Notes: generated by a model not told the origin, from the sequence alone. Shown: positions 10,293 through 22,800, numbered from the whole stretch's first letter. The stretch is DNA of 59,832 bases, filler included, from 7 parts of 7 records of this genome joined end to end with filler, not necessarily neighbours in it; one strand, 5' to 3'. Numbers and translations are program-made.

Positions 10293-10918
10293 TCATGAAG
10301 TCCGTGCTCATCGCCAACGCCAAGGGAGGCTGCGGCAAAACAACCATCTCAACCAATCTCGCCGCGGCCTTTGCGCAAAGTGGCCTGAAGACCGCAATCG
10401 CGGATGTCGACCCGCAACACAGCAGCCTCAACTGGCTTGACCGCAGACCCGGTCACGTCACCGAAATCATCGGCCTTGATTGGGCGATCGGTGTCGGCAA
10501 GGTCAAGAAATCCATTGATCGTCTGGTCATCGACGCGCCTGCCGCCCTGACCCCCAAGGAATTTCAGAAACTGTTGAAGATGGCTGACAGCATCGTCATG
10601 CCGATCCTGCCCTCAGCCTTCGATCAGGTGGCGGCGATGACGTTCCTCGGCAAGATCGAAACCCTGAAACCGATCCGGAAAAACAAGAAACCGGTCGCCG
10701 TTGTCGCCAACCGGACCCGCAGCCGCGCACGCTCAACCCGCGGCCTTATGGCATTCCTGCAAAGCTTCAATCATCCCCCGGTGATGACGCTTCGTGAAAC
10801 CGTGATGTATACGGATGCCGCCGAAAACGGCATGAGCATCTTCGATCTGAATACCAAGGTTGCGCGCGATGCCCAGGCGGAATGGACCGGCCTGATCGGC
10901 CATCTGGAATCCGCCTGA
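10289..10918 (+). CDS. Short orphan ParA/MinD-family ATPase
   Basis: Deviant Walker A KGGCGKTT, DVDPQ, IDAP. ATGA overlap with the upstream gene. Confidence 0.9.
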   Translation: MIMKSVLIANAKGGCGKTTISTNLAAAFAQSGLKTAIADVDPQHSSLNWLDRRPGHVTEIIGLDWAIGVGKVKKSIDRLVIDAPAALTPKEFQKLLKMADSIVMPILPSAFDQVAAMTFLGKIETLKPIRKNKKPVAVVANRTRSRARSTRGLMAFLQSFNHPPVMTLRETVMYTDAAENGMSIFDLNTKVARDAQAEWTGLIGHLESA

Positions 10919-10946
10919 TACATATATCAGGCAGAACGTGTCGCTT

Positions 10947-11543
10947 TTAATCCGGCAGGTCGGAGGCCGTCTTCGCGATGATTGCAAACCGGTCGGCCAA
11001 GGCTGCCAGCGTGGCAGCATGGACGGTTTCGGCGGGCACGATGCCTTCGCCGACGGCAGACGGCAGATCGCGGGTCGTGATCGCATCCGCCACGAGCGTG
11101 TTCCGATAGCCCAGATCAAGGGCCGCACGCGTTGTTGCGCTGACGCACATGTGGGTCTGGAATCCGGCAATCACCAGCTTCTGACGTCCGGTGCCGGCCA
11201 GGGTATCTTCCAGCACGGTCCCGGCGAAACTGTTCGGCAGTGATTTCAGGACAACCGCTTCGCCCGCCAAGGGGGCAACGCGGTCATCGATGGCGCCGCG
11301 CGGATCATCCAGATCGAACGCCCCGCCCGGTTTGCCCTGGTGCTGGATATGCACCACCGGCGCACCGGCATCCCTGAACCGTTGCAAAAGCTTCTGCGCA
11401 TTATCCATCGCCGCATCGATGCCCGACAACGGCAAGGCTCCGCTGACGTATTCGTTCTGGCAATCGATAAGGATCAGCACGGAATCGGACACCGCATTCG
11501 GCGTCAGGTCAGCACCGGACATTTCCAGCAGGGTTTTTGTCAT
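10947..11543 (-). CDS. Isochorismatase-like cysteine hydrolase
   Basis: LIDCQNEY, KSLPNSF, GFQTHMCV (D-K-C triad). Confidence 0.9.
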   Translation of the reverse strand: MTKTLLEMSGADLTPNAVSDSVLILIDCQNEYVSGALPLSGIDAAMDNAQKLLQRFRDAGAPVVHIQHQGKPGGAFDLDDPRGAIDDRVAPLAGEAVVLKSLPNSFAGTVLEDTLAGTGRQKLVIAGFQTHMCVSATTRAALDLGYRNTLVADAITTRDLPSAVGEGIVPAETVHAATLAALADRFAIIAKTASDLPD

Positions 11544-11558
11544 AACGGTCTCCGGGAA

Positions 11559-12545
11559 TCAGAAGTATTCAGGAAGGGCCGTTGCAAGAGCGGCGCGAAT
11601 TCGCTCGCGCACCGGCACCTTGGGATCGGTCCGGACGAAGGTCTGTCCGGTGATCCGCTCATAAAGCGACACATACTTGTTGGAAAATTCGATCAGCGTT
11701 TCGTCCGGAATTTCCGGCAACGGGTCCGTATAGGGGTTACACCGGGCGCGTATCCACAAACGCAGGAATTCCTTGTCCAGATTGACCGGCTCTTCACCCG
11801 CCGCATGTCTTTCGGGATAGCTCGCCGCGTCCCAGTACCGGCTGGAATCGGGCGTATGAATTTCGTCGGCGATGGTGACGACGCCGTTTTCGTCGAGCCC
11901 GAATTCATACTTGGTATCGACAAGGATCAGACCGTTCTCTCTGGCAATTGCCCGTCCGCGTGCGAACAGATCCAGGCTCTTCTGCGCCGCCTCGTCCCAT
12001 TGCGCCTGGCTCAACAGGCCCTGCGATACGATTTCGTCCGCCGTAATCGGATGATCGTGTGCGCCGACGGCGCCCTTTGTCGTCGGCGTGATCAGCGTGC
12101 CCGGCAGCTTGTCGTTTTTCTTAAGACCTTCCGGCAGTGTATGGCCATAGACCGTGCGTTCGCCGTTCGCATACATGGTCCATATGCTGGTGTCGGTGGT
12201 CCCCGTGATGTAATCGCGGACCACCATTTCCACGGGCAGCATCTGCAACCGTTTGGCAATGATCACATTCGGGTCCGGATGCGCGATCACATGGTTGGGG
12301 CAAACGTCGGCCGTCTGCTCGAACCAGAATTGCGCCGTCGCCGTCAGGACGTGTCCCTTGTCGGGGACCGCCGCCAGCACATGATCGAATGCGGACTGGC
12401 GGTCCGTTGCGATCATCACCCGCCGTCCATCGGCAAGATTATAGCTTTCGCGCACCTTGCCGGTCTGATGGCCGGGAAGCTCGCTGAATTCGGCGTCCGT
12501 CAGCACATGCTGCAAGCGCCATTGATCCTGTTCACTCAGTGTCAT
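11559..12545 (-). CDS. purC: SAICAR synthetase, long type
   Basis: GKVRESY, TDRQSAFD, VDTKYEFG, DEIHTPDSSRYW, LDKEFLR. Confidence 0.93.
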   Translation of the reverse strand: MTLSEQDQWRLQHVLTDAEFSELPGHQTGKVRESYNLADGRRVMIATDRQSAFDHVLAAVPDKGHVLTATAQFWFEQTADVCPNHVIAHPDPNVIIAKRLQMLPVEMVVRDYITGTTDTSIWTMYANGERTVYGHTLPEGLKKNDKLPGTLITPTTKGAVGAHDHPITADEIVSQGLLSQAQWDEAAQKSLDLFARGRAIARENGLILVDTKYEFGLDENGVVTIADEIHTPDSSRYWDAASYPERHAAGEEPVNLDKEFLRLWIRARCNPYTDPLPEIPDETLIEFSNKYVSLYERITGQTFVRTDPKVPVRERIRAALATALPEYF

Positions 12546-12632
12546 GGGGCGAGAGTATAAAGGGCCGGACGGCGCTGACCAGACCCATATCTGCATGGGC
12601 CTCTGTGTTTCGTGCAGGGCATGCGGCGACCA

Positions 12633-13538
12633 TCAGTGCACAAACAGAATCAACAGAATACCGGCAATTACCAACAGGATACCGGCGATTTCCAGTGGGG
12701 CGCTTTTTTCCCGGAAGAACACCACGGATGCAATAAAGGTGAAGACCAGTTCGATCTGACCGACGGCGCGGACAAGGGCTGCGTTTTCGAGGGTGAACGC
12801 CGTAAACCAGGCGATCGAGCCTAGCACCCCGGCAACGCCGACCGCCGCCGACCACTTCCAGTTCACGAGGACGGCTTTCATCTGCCCCGGCTCACGCCAC
12901 ATCAGATAGAAGCCCATGATGACGGTTTGGATGACAACCGAAACAGCCAGCGTAAACGCGGCGGGCATGATGAACCCGTCATAATCAAGTTCCAGCGCGG
13001 CGCCCCGGAAAAAGACCACTGAGCCGCCCAGAAACAGCCCGGATGCCAGACCGATCAGGGTCGATTTTTCGACGAGGCTGGCGAACAGCGTCTTGAAGGT
13101 AATGTTGGTCTGTGCCGCCGACATCGCCATCACGCCGGCAACGCTGATGAAAATGGCGAGGATGGCCCCTGTCGACAGTGTATCACCCAGCAACAGAAAC
13201 CCCAGCAAGGCCACCTGCACGGTTTCGGTTTTTGAAAACGTCGTGCCGACCGCAAAATTCCGGAAAGAAAACAGCCATACCAGAAGCATCGTAAAGATAA
13301 TCTGCGACAGGCCGCCCAGCACACAGTACAGCAGAAACAGCCCCTTGATCTCGGGGTACGGCATACCGCCCCATTCATGCAGCCCCCAGATGTATATCAG
13401 GGCAAACGGCCAGGCGTAAAAAAAGCGTACATACGTTGCACCACCGGTCGACAGCTTACCCTTCAGATGCTTTTGCAGAGCTGAGCGCAGGTTCTGACAG
13501 AACGCCGCAACGATGGTGATCGGAATCCAGATTTCCAT
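12633..13538 (-). CDS. DMT/EamA family transporter
   Basis: About 10 TM helices, two EamA-like halves, NFAVGTTFSKTE. Confidence 0.85.
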   Translation of the reverse strand: MEIWIPITIVAAFCQNLRSALQKHLKGKLSTGGATYVRFFYAWPFALIYIWGLHEWGGMPYPEIKGLFLLYCVLGGLSQIIFTMLLVWLFSFRNFAVGTTFSKTETVQVALLGFLLLGDTLSTGAILAIFISVAGVMAMSAAQTNITFKTLFASLVEKSTLIGLASGLFLGGSVVFFRGAALELDYDGFIMPAAFTLAVSVVIQTVIMGFYLMWREPGQMKAVLVNWKWSAAVGVAGVLGSIAWFTAFTLENAALVRAVGQIELVFTFIASVVFFREKSAPLEIAGILLVIAGILLILFVH

Positions 13539-13637
13539 TTTTGGAGGCCCCCCAAGACGAACCTTCATTATGTAGAGCTATAAGCGGGCGGTAAACACCG
13601 ACTTGGCGCACATCCATGTCGTCCCTATGTTGCCTTC

Positions 13638-14765
13638 ATGACCGAGGCCCGTTTCATCGGCAGTGAGATTTACCGCGACAGCACCTATGGCCGTGGCCAT
13701 CCGCTGGCGATCCCGCGCGTTTCTCTGGCAATTGACCTGATCCGTGCGCTGGACTGGTTCCCCCCCGGCAGCTATGTCGACAGCCCCCGGGCCGATGCGT
13801 CCTATCTGCAGCATTTTCATACCGCTGAATACGTCGCCGCCGTCATGCAGGCCGAGCGCGAACAGGATGCACCCCCGGCGATCCGGGCACGGCACAATAT
13901 CGGCTCGGGCGGCAATCCGATCTTTCCGGAAATGTTCCGCCGGCCGGCAACGGCGGCGGGCGGCGGGGCCAAGGCGGCGGAACTGGTCGCGGACAAGGGC
14001 CGTGTGTTCAATCTCGGCGGCGGGCAGCATCATGGCCGCCCCGACCGGGCCAGCGGGTTTTGTTATTTCAACGAGCCCGCGCTGACCATCGGGGTGCTGC
14101 TGGAACAGGGAATCGAGCGGATTTTCTATCTTGATCTGGATGCCCATCACGGTGACGGGGTTCAGGACGCATTTCATGACGACCCGCGTGTCTTCACGCT
14201 GTCGATCCATGAAGCCGGACGCTGGCCCATGGACCGCCGCAACCCGGACCCGGCAGCGCCGGGCGGCATCCTGGACCGTGCCGGCGGCATGGCACGAAAT
14301 ATCCCCGTCGCTGCAGGCCTGAACGATGACGAACTTGAATCCATCGTCGAAGGTGCGGTTCTGCCGCTGATGCAGGCGTTCGAGCCGGAGGCGATTTTCG
14401 TTCAATGCGGCGTTGATGCGCTGGCGGATGACCCGCAAAGCAAGTTAGCGATTTCCAATACCGCGCTGTGGCGGGCGCTGGCTGCGGTCCGGGACATGGC
14501 GCCCCGTGTCATCGCATCCGGCGGCGGCGGATATAATCCGTTCAGCGTCGCACGCGGCTGGGCCGGGATATGGAGTGTACTCGCAGGCTTCGATATTCCA
14601 GACCGGCTGCCCGTTGAGGCTGAGAACCTTTTGAGAGATATCACATGGCGTCACCGCCGGGGCACGGATGCTCCCGAACGATGGTTTACCACCCTGGCCG
14701 ATCCCGCCAACACCGGACCGATCCGCCCTGAAATCCGCGACCTGATCCGATTGGCTGTCAGCTGA
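13638..14765 (+). CDS. acuC: Zn-dependent deacetylase (HDAC family, AcuC-like)
   Basis: GGQHHG, SGFCYFN, DLDAHHGDG, GVDALADDP, GGGGY. Confidence 0.88.
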   Translation: MTEARFIGSEIYRDSTYGRGHPLAIPRVSLAIDLIRALDWFPPGSYVDSPRADASYLQHFHTAEYVAAVMQAEREQDAPPAIRARHNIGSGGNPIFPEMFRRPATAAGGGAKAAELVADKGRVFNLGGGQHHGRPDRASGFCYFNEPALTIGVLLEQGIERIFYLDLDAHHGDGVQDAFHDDPRVFTLSIHEAGRWPMDRRNPDPAAPGGILDRAGGMARNIPVAAGLNDDELESIVEGAVLPLMQAFEPEAIFVQCGVDALADDPQSKLAISNTALWRALAAVRDMAPRVIASGGGGYNPFSVARGWAGIWSVLAGFDIPDRLPVEAENLLRDITWRHRRGTDAPERWFTTLADPANTGPIRPEIRDLIRLAVS

Positions 14766-14767
14766 GT

Positions 14768-15598
14768 TCAGCCGAGCGGTTGCGCCGTCATCTGCTCAGG
14801 GACTTCTAGACCCATCAGGGTCAGTATCGTCGGCGCAACGGCACGCTGTGAAACAACGTCATCGCAGGGCCCCGGGGCCGGATGACCGATATCATAGAAA
14901 GCGACATCGCGGACGTCGTCATGGGTGCCGCCGTGGTATCCGCAATCCGTAAAGCCGTGATCCGCCGTGACAAGCACTCGATAACCGGCATCCCGCCAGC
15001 CCGCCACGTGTTTGGCTAGCGCACAGTCGACGACCGTCGCGGCCCGCGCGTACTGCCATGAGTTGCCGCCGAACACGTGGCCGACACTGTCACAGCTCAG
15101 GGTATGGAACAGCATATAATCCGGTGCGTGATGGTGCACCATCCGGTCGACCTGGGCGCACAGATCATCATCCGACGGAATGCCGAGATGGAATTCCGTG
15201 CGGCTTGTGTCGTCGAAGAAACGGCCGTGCTGGATCGGCAACGACGGATCGTCGGTTTCCTGATCGCGCACCGGCACATAAGGCGCCTGATTGTAGAGCA
15301 CGGAAAACCAGCTGTACGCCACGGCGGCCGTGGTCTTGCCCGATGATTGCGCCAGCGAGAAAATATTATCGACGCTGGAGCGGCGCAGCAGGCTGTTCGC
15401 GGTAATGCCGTGATGCGCGGGATCGAGACCCGTGTGCAAGCTTTCATAGCACGGTGCAGACATACTCGGCAGCGAAGCGCGCATCCGCCAGCGCCGGGCC
15501 TTCCCGGATTCCACCTGGCCTTCAAGAAAGCCGCAATGTCCAAGAGCCGTTTCGTATTTGAGCCCGTCAACAACGACGAGGATGACCTTGTTCGACAT
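14768..15598 (-). CDS. Alkaline phosphatase superfamily / nucleotide pyrophosphatase
   Basis: VVVDGL, LPSMS, DSVGH, TADHG metal-binding motifs. Confidence 0.85.
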   Translation of the reverse strand: MSNKVILVVVDGLKYETALGHCGFLEGQVESGKARRWRMRASLPSMSAPCYESLHTGLDPAHHGITANSLLRRSSVDNIFSLAQSSGKTTAAVAYSWFSVLYNQAPYVPVRDQETDDPSLPIQHGRFFDDTSRTEFHLGIPSDDDLCAQVDRMVHHHAPDYMLFHTLSCDSVGHVFGGNSWQYARAATVVDCALAKHVAGWRDAGYRVLVTADHGFTDCGYHGGTHDDVRDVAFYDIGHPAPGPCDDVVSQRAVAPTILTLMGLEVPEQMTAQPLG

Positions 15599-15670
15599 CC
15601 GCTGATTTCCTCACTACATAGGGGGTAACGCGACGCAAGAATTACTCTGTAAGAATCAGAAGGCAAGCAT

Positions 15671-16600
15671 ATGGCACAGGACGAGGTCCAACCACCCATC
15701 GCCGACAAACGCCCCCACGACACCACGTTCCACGGGCACACCCGGCGTGACGATTATGCCTGGTTGAAGGACGAGAACTGGCAGCAGGTGATGCGCGAAC
15801 CGGAAGTTCTGAATGCTGATATCCGGGCCTACCTTGATGCCGAGAACGCCTATACCGCCGCCTGGATGGCCGACACGTCCGATTTTCAGCACAAGCTCGT
15901 CGCTGAAATGCGCGCCCGTATCAAGGAAGACGATTCGACCGTCCCCGACCCGGACGGCGAGTACGCCTATTTTGTCCGCTATGTCGAAGGGGGCCAGCAT
16001 CCGAAGTTCTGCCGTGTGCCAACATCCGGACAGGGCGACGAGACCGTCCTGCTGGACGGCGATGCCGAGGCCAAAGGCAAGAGTTACTACAAGATCGGTG
16101 CCGCAACGCATACTTCCGATCACGCCCATCTTCTCTATGCCGATGACAGCAACGGCTCGGAAATTTTCACCATTCACGTCCGCGACCTGCAGAGCGGGAA
16201 AAATCTCACCGACACGGTAACCGGTACCGGCGGCAATGCCGTCTGGGCCGAAGACGGAAAAACATTTTTCTATACGGTCCTTGATGAAAGTCATCGCCCG
16301 TCGAAGGTCATGCGCCATGTGCTCGGCACCCCCGCCAGTGATGACGAATTGGTCTATGAAGAAGAAGACCCCGGATTTTTTGTCGGCCTGTCGAAGACCG
16401 AGAGCAATCGCTTTATTCTCATCGATGCGCATGATCACGAAACGTCCGAGGTTTATCTGATCCCGGCCGGTACACCGTCAGCCGCCCCCGTGCAGGTGGC
16501 CCCTCGTGCCAATGGCGTCGAATACAGCGTGTCCGACCATGCCGATCGTCTGATCATTCTGACCAATGCGGACGGCGCCGAGGATTTCAAGATCGTCACC
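15671..16600 (+). CDS. ptrB: Oligopeptidase B (S9), N-terminal part; truncated
   Basis: PPIADKRP..HG..RRDDYAWLKD, YLDAENAY, RIKEDDSTVP. Confidence 0.9.
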
Positions 16601-16700
16601 NNNNNNNNNNNNNNNNNNNNNNNNNNNNNNNNNNNNNNNNNNNNTTAATTAATTAANNNNNNNNNNNNNNNNNNNNNNNNNNNNNNNNNNNNNNNNNNNN
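16601..16700. other. Artificial contig linker
   Basis: N-run, TTAATTAATTAA, N-run. Confidence 0.99.
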
Positions 16701-16812
16701 TTTTTTTTTTTTTTCTTTCTTTTTCTTTCTCTTCTTCTACTTTTTCGGCAGCTTTTTTTTTCAGCAGCTGTGGCTCTGGCTGGCCCTCAACACCCCCCAT
16801 GGCTTTTCAAAA

Positions 16813-19800
16813 ATGCCGCACGAAATCGACGACACGGCGGCAGCAAGTGCGGAAATCGACAGGTTAAACAGGATCTCGAAGGAGCAAGGAGATTCCTTCA
16901 GCATTGACCCAGAGAACGGCGAGGCTCAGCCTGACTCCAGCCTAGCAGCTGCTGTCGCTTCTGAGGGAGTAGCTCACGAGGGTGGGGGTGAAGCTGTGAC
17001 TGAGGGCGGAGCTGAAGCTGCAGAGGGCGAAGCAATGTCACAAAGTGAAGGACTGGGAGGGAATGCTGTGGGCGGTGGGCACAATGATGCGGTGACCGCG
17101 TCCAATGAGGCAGAGCCCAATGCTGATGTTGCTGCAGCTGCAGTTGAAGAGCAGCCACTGCCTCACGCAGATACCGGGGCTGTCGACACGGAAGAGCTTG
17201 TCCCGCTGACCGAGATTCCTGTTGATGACGATTCATTGACCCCACGTAACTCCGACACAAACGGCGCACTGGCGAATGCGTCGGAAATTGCTGCCCCTGT
17301 GCCGGGCGGCGAAACTGTGGTGCCTGCAGATGATGCTACAAGCAACAGTGGAGGCGCCTCCTCCGCTGACACTCAAGTCCAGCCACACAATCAAAACGCT
17401 TCAACTGCTATTGTCGTTGCGGAACCCGAAGTTGAAAAGAACCCCCTTGCGGAAGCTTCGCTAGCTGCAATAGCAGCGGCGAGGGAAGCAGCACCCAATG
17501 TACGCTTCTGGATTCTGACGGCTCACTTTCTTCACTGCCAGAGTCACTTCTTTGCTGTGGAGCACGCCGATGAAACACATCGTTCAGAAAAGACTGCAAA
17601 AGTGTTTGAATCCAATGAAATTCTGTTCGCTGGCGAAAAGTTTCTTCAGCTGCAACTCAGCACCGCACTTCAGGCTGGTAAAGTCAGCCGGCGGCAGTCC
17701 AGCATTGCAGAAAATAAGGTGGAAGTCAGTCTTTTTAGTAGTGACTTGTTTGAGTTGCTTGGCCGGAACGAACTGCGTGTCACTGGCCGCATTGTTGATA
17801 ACCTTCTGTCGCGAGCTGTGCACTATGGCCACCTCCGCTTTGGAAAGCAAGAGCTTACAGATGCTTCAAGTGCTGACGGTGGTGGTGGCAATGCCGGCGA
17901 CTTCGACTCAGTTGCAGCACTTGTTCAGTACGTGTGATGAGCTCTGGGGCTTGCAGTGTTGCTTAGTACTCATGTTCCACGCGCCTGTGCTAGATTGATA
18001 TGAATCTACATCTTACCAATAGCTGTCTCGCGCTTTCTGCTAACTCGCTTCGCTAGGTATCGCGTTTGCCTAGCGGGCGCGGAAGATGTGGATACGGCAG
18101 AACACAGTGCTATGGCAATGCCGATAGCCCGCATAACATTGCACGACGTGTCCATTCAGCCTGGAAAATTCGATCTTAGCGATATTGAGTCTGTCCGAGT
18201 CCAGTTCACTACTGGACATGGACAGGTACGATCCAACGCAATTTTGCCATTCGTTTAGGTGATGTTATCACGGATGCACGTATTCTTCACTGATTGGTTT
18301 CCATTTTTGCTTCTTGCATCTGACGCTGTTTAGGACACTGATGGAATAACCAGGGCGTTCTCATTTGAGCGGCGACCAGCAGGTCAACTTCACTGGAACA
18401 CACGCGTTCGTCTCAACATAGCCTCTAGAATTTCGAGATTGCTTTGGGTTTGTTTGACTTACCTCTGCAACATACTTCTATTCATGCGATCGTAGATGGC
18501 GGTGACGACACCAGAACCACATGGCCCTTTGAAGTTCGAGGTTCTGATGCACCTGCATGGTGAGGCTTTGGAGCGTGCAGAGTCTTTTAGTCTTGATTTA
18601 GCAGACTTCAACTTTCAACAGCAGTGCGTTGGATGTGTTTGTGGGTTGATCAAATAGCATTACCTTCCCCGAACAATATTTTGATTCGTTCACCTCACCC
18701 TATGCTGCAAACTTGCTCAGATATGTGCTAGATTTGTGGACTAATGAGCGTTCGGCTCGAGTGTGCATTTCGTTGGAAAGATTGGAGTCGCTCGATGCGC
18801 AGCTGAATCATCTCACGGACGACGAGACGCAAGCACGGGACGAGGCAATTGCAGGCAAGAAAGACCCTGATGCGGCGGCAGCAGCAACAATTCAAACGTT
18901 GCGCCTGAGACTGATGTCGTTGCACAAAAAAAAGAAACCAAAAGATGACAACGACAAGAGGGCACCAGACGCGCGTGGCTGGAATTCCTCCACACACGTA
19001 CCCAAGCCCAAGGATGCGTTTCTCGAAGACGAAGAAGCAAGAGAGCTGGAAGCTATGCGAAAGGTACTTTACCACCGCTAGTAACTCTGATGCAAGGGCG
19101 TGCCAGGTCCAATGCGAGATGTTGTCATGTGAAGCGCGTTGTCTGGGATGCCCAATTTCCAAAATATCGATTGCACAGTTGACAAGCCAATTCTGGTTAC
19201 ACGCAAAATTCTGTGTTTTTGGTGTTTGATGTCGGAACGCGTATTCACGTTCGCATGGCGCTGCTGCTGCATCGGTGCGCAGGCTGCAGAGACGAAGATT
19301 CGTGCTCGCAACATGTGGGTTGTGGCGCACTTGCTGACTCTACAACAGATGGATGAGGTCTGCTGCAATTTTGCCGTCATGTATTTGTACTTTGTGCTCG
19401 AAAAATGTTCAACTTGTTGGGTTGCGATTTTAGAAAGCATCTCCAACTCACTTTGGTTTCATTCTGCCGGCATGTTTAGGCTGTTGCTCGAGTTGGACAC
19501 TTTGGGCAACATAAGGTGCATGTACCTGCACTTCTGCCAGATGGATCACCGCCGAATATGCAACCAACCGCGGTGAGCGTCAAACGTGCAAATGAACTCT
19601 CCCAGCATGAGGGCGAGCTTCCACTCCATGTTTTTCAGCATCATAGCGCAAAAGACAAATTTACTCCTCGATTGGAACGCGATGCCAAATTCTTCTTCAA
19701 CAGTTCTAGCCTTCGAAAAGCTGGTGGAAGGTTTGTGTGGGGTCTTTCTAATTTCACATCAAGCTGCTGCAGATGCAGAACATATTGCCATCAACCCTGT

Positions 19801-22800
19801 GAGATTGTAGCAGACTGTTTATTGAAATGCTGCATGGATAGGTACAAATCCAGTTCTCCAGGTCTGGGTGTTGTTTTTGAGGTTTATCACCGAAACCTGA
19901 AGCATTGGTCTCGAGAAAACGACGACGCCACACTTCATGGGACCGTGGAAGACCGTGCTGCTTCTGGTTTTGACCACCATTTGGAGTTTGTGGGATATTC
20001 CACGTATGTGCTTCCCTCGGGCATGGTCACAGGCAAGCGGTATACTGCTCCATTCGAAGAATTAGTAGTGGCCGACGCCGCGAACCCTATCGATGGCAAC
20101 GGCAAAGCGTATAGTCACTCTGTAAACACATCTCCTGCAGTGGTGGAGTACGCCCAGCAGGTTTGATTTGGTTTGTGTGGTGTGCCGAAACGCGGCTTGT
20201 TCTGGTGCTGAGTTATCACGTATACTTTCTGAACTGCATTTATAGTTGCGCGTGACATTGTCGTTGGGAAGCGTTTTGACTGAGCGGCAGCATCTGTTAG
20301 ATGATGAATCTTTGGTAAGTGGCCGATGCTCACTTGTTAACATGCGCTGAGGAATCTATTGCAAAGCAATAACGCATCATCGTCCGCCCAAGGTTAACTT
20401 TCTTGTAAAATGTCTCAAAACTTCAGGTACTTGACGTATGCTCACAGCCACCACCAATGGACTACCATCCAAGCGCCGATACACTTGCTCGGTATGAGTT
20501 CAAGCTTAATCCTGAAGAGCTAGCCCGGCGAGAAGAAGAAGAAGCTCAGCGCAGAGCCAAGGAAGAGGCAGAAGCAGCCGCTCGGCAGGCAGAGGAAGAC
20601 GCTCGTCGTGCGGAGGAATTAGCAGCCAAGAAAGCAGCCGATGCTGCTGCTGCTGCTGAAGCAGATCGGTTGGCGAAAGAGGAGGTTGCTGCTCAGCGGC
20701 GCCGTGAACAGGTATTTTATGATATTGAGCATGGCGAGTTTCGACCCATCAGGTTGTATGTCCGCAGTCGACGCGTCAAGCGTACCTCTCATACTGGGTT
20801 GCTGTGCCAGGAGGAATTGAGAGCCAGCCTGCCGCCAGGTGTGGAGGTTGAGCTGACAGACCAGGAGCTGGAGGAGTTACGCGAGGCTCTTCACACGGAG
20901 GACCCAACTCAAGTTAGTTTGCTGCAGCACTGTCGGTCTGCTTTTGTTGGAGCATCGGAGCTTTGTTCTTTGCCGAATTGCTTTCCTTCAACAGCGCGCT
21001 GCGGCTGTGTAGGTGATGCGGCGGCTGGGTGTGTCACCAGTTGACATGCCAAAAGCATGGGATCCTTCGGAAGGGGTGAGTTCAAGGGAATGATGCCGAG
21101 CTGGAGTAAAATGTTCTTGCACGCCAAACGGGTTTTCCAGAATGATGTTGTTGCAATGATATGGTTGAATTTGGTCAGGCTTGGCGCGGCCTAGACGGCG
21201 CGTTAGTACAAGATGGACCGCCAACGGAAGAGTTCGTTAAATGCTGAACATGTGACATCTGTTCCTATTTGTTTTTTTCCATGACAACTTGCCACATCGA
21301 TCTTGTATTTGGCAGCACCATTGGGATAATACCCGTTCTTGACTTTGCTCAAGAGCGTGATTTAGCTTCTGTGCCAGTCTTGCTTGCATGGGATTTCTCC
21401 GCGACAGCACTCGTCGAAGCCCTTCCAGAGGTACTTTTTTGTGAGCGCAGCTTGTGACGGTGAGCGAGACTGTCTGCACTGCCAGAGGATAGATAGTTTA
21501 CAGTTTGTTTCATGTGTAGGCTCCTAAGCCTCCATCAGATGGACGGTATGAAGAACTTCGCAATGAGATCGCACGGCTGCGCAAGGAACTGAAGTCGCGA
21601 AAGTCGGAGACGAAAAAGCTGCGCAAAGCAGTTCGCGGTCGCGAAGACGCCATACGCCAGTGTGGAACTGAAATTGTGCTTTTGCGCAAAGAAAAGCAGC
21701 GGTTAAGCATTGAAAACGACAGGCTTATTCAGACGCTGCAAAATCGAGATCGAGCAGAAGAGCGAGCGATCGACCAGGTGCTCAATGCACGACTTCTACC
21801 CTGTTCCGAATCGAGACAGTCTTCATTGTTTAATCACTCAGAATCTGATTCCCAATGCTGCGTATCTTGCACAGGCCGAACGCAATCCTGACGGAATCAG
21901 TCACTGTGAGGCAGTTCAGTTGTCAATACTGGCGCAGGAAAAGTTTCGTCAGCAGTCGGTCCAGAATGCCAAGCTTGTGAAAAAAGTGCAGTCAATGCTC
22001 AAGGATGTTGCTCGATCAAAGAAGTTAAAAAAAGACCACCAAAAGCTTGCTGAAGCTCACGAAGCTGCCCAGAAATACATTCTCCGGTTGCAAAAGACGG
22101 TGCGTTTTTGCCAGGCATTCCAATGCCTGAGCTTCATTAATTATGCTTTGTTTGACGAGTGCATGGCTTTATTTTTGGTAGGCAAATCATGTCAAGGTGC
22201 TTGAATCAACTGCAGTCACACAGAGCCGTGTCATCGAGAAGCTCCAACAACTGCTGCAGCAGAAAGTCCTTGCAGCTTCAGGCACCGATCGACCATCCCC
22301 AGCGCCACAAAGGTCGAAGTGGGACATTCAAAACCTGATGTCAAAATTGAAGAAGTACTCACTTCGGGAAAAGTTTATGAAAGCTGTCCAGGACGCCATT
22401 CAATCTGCCAAAGTGTGTTTGTGTAGGCATATGACTGCTCTGTGTTGCATCCCATGCAAACAACTTTTATTGGTTGATCTTACTTTTATTTGCTGCAATG
22501 TCACATGTGGGCAATTGCACGTGGAAGGCGGATCCTGAATCTCTTAACGCATCTCCCCAAGACCAAGAATATATTCACCAGCTTGAGGAGGAAATGTCTC
22601 GTTTGCGCCTCGGCCAGGGTCTTACTGAAGACCGCATCGCAGAAGCCTCGGCCGAGGGCGGGGAGAGTGCGGTAAGTAAGAGTGTTGCTTTGTCTTTTCC
22701 GCACATGCACTAACTCTCGTAAAGCCAATTGCTGCGCTGGGTTTTATTTGCTGACTTTACCGACGGAACGGGTTGGGCAACAGGGGATGATGGCTCGAAT

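Noticed and set aside
16701-16765. Poly-T tract as a retrocopy tail
   Set aside because: Low-complexity contig end upstream of an intron-containing gene; no target-site duplication or element body is visible
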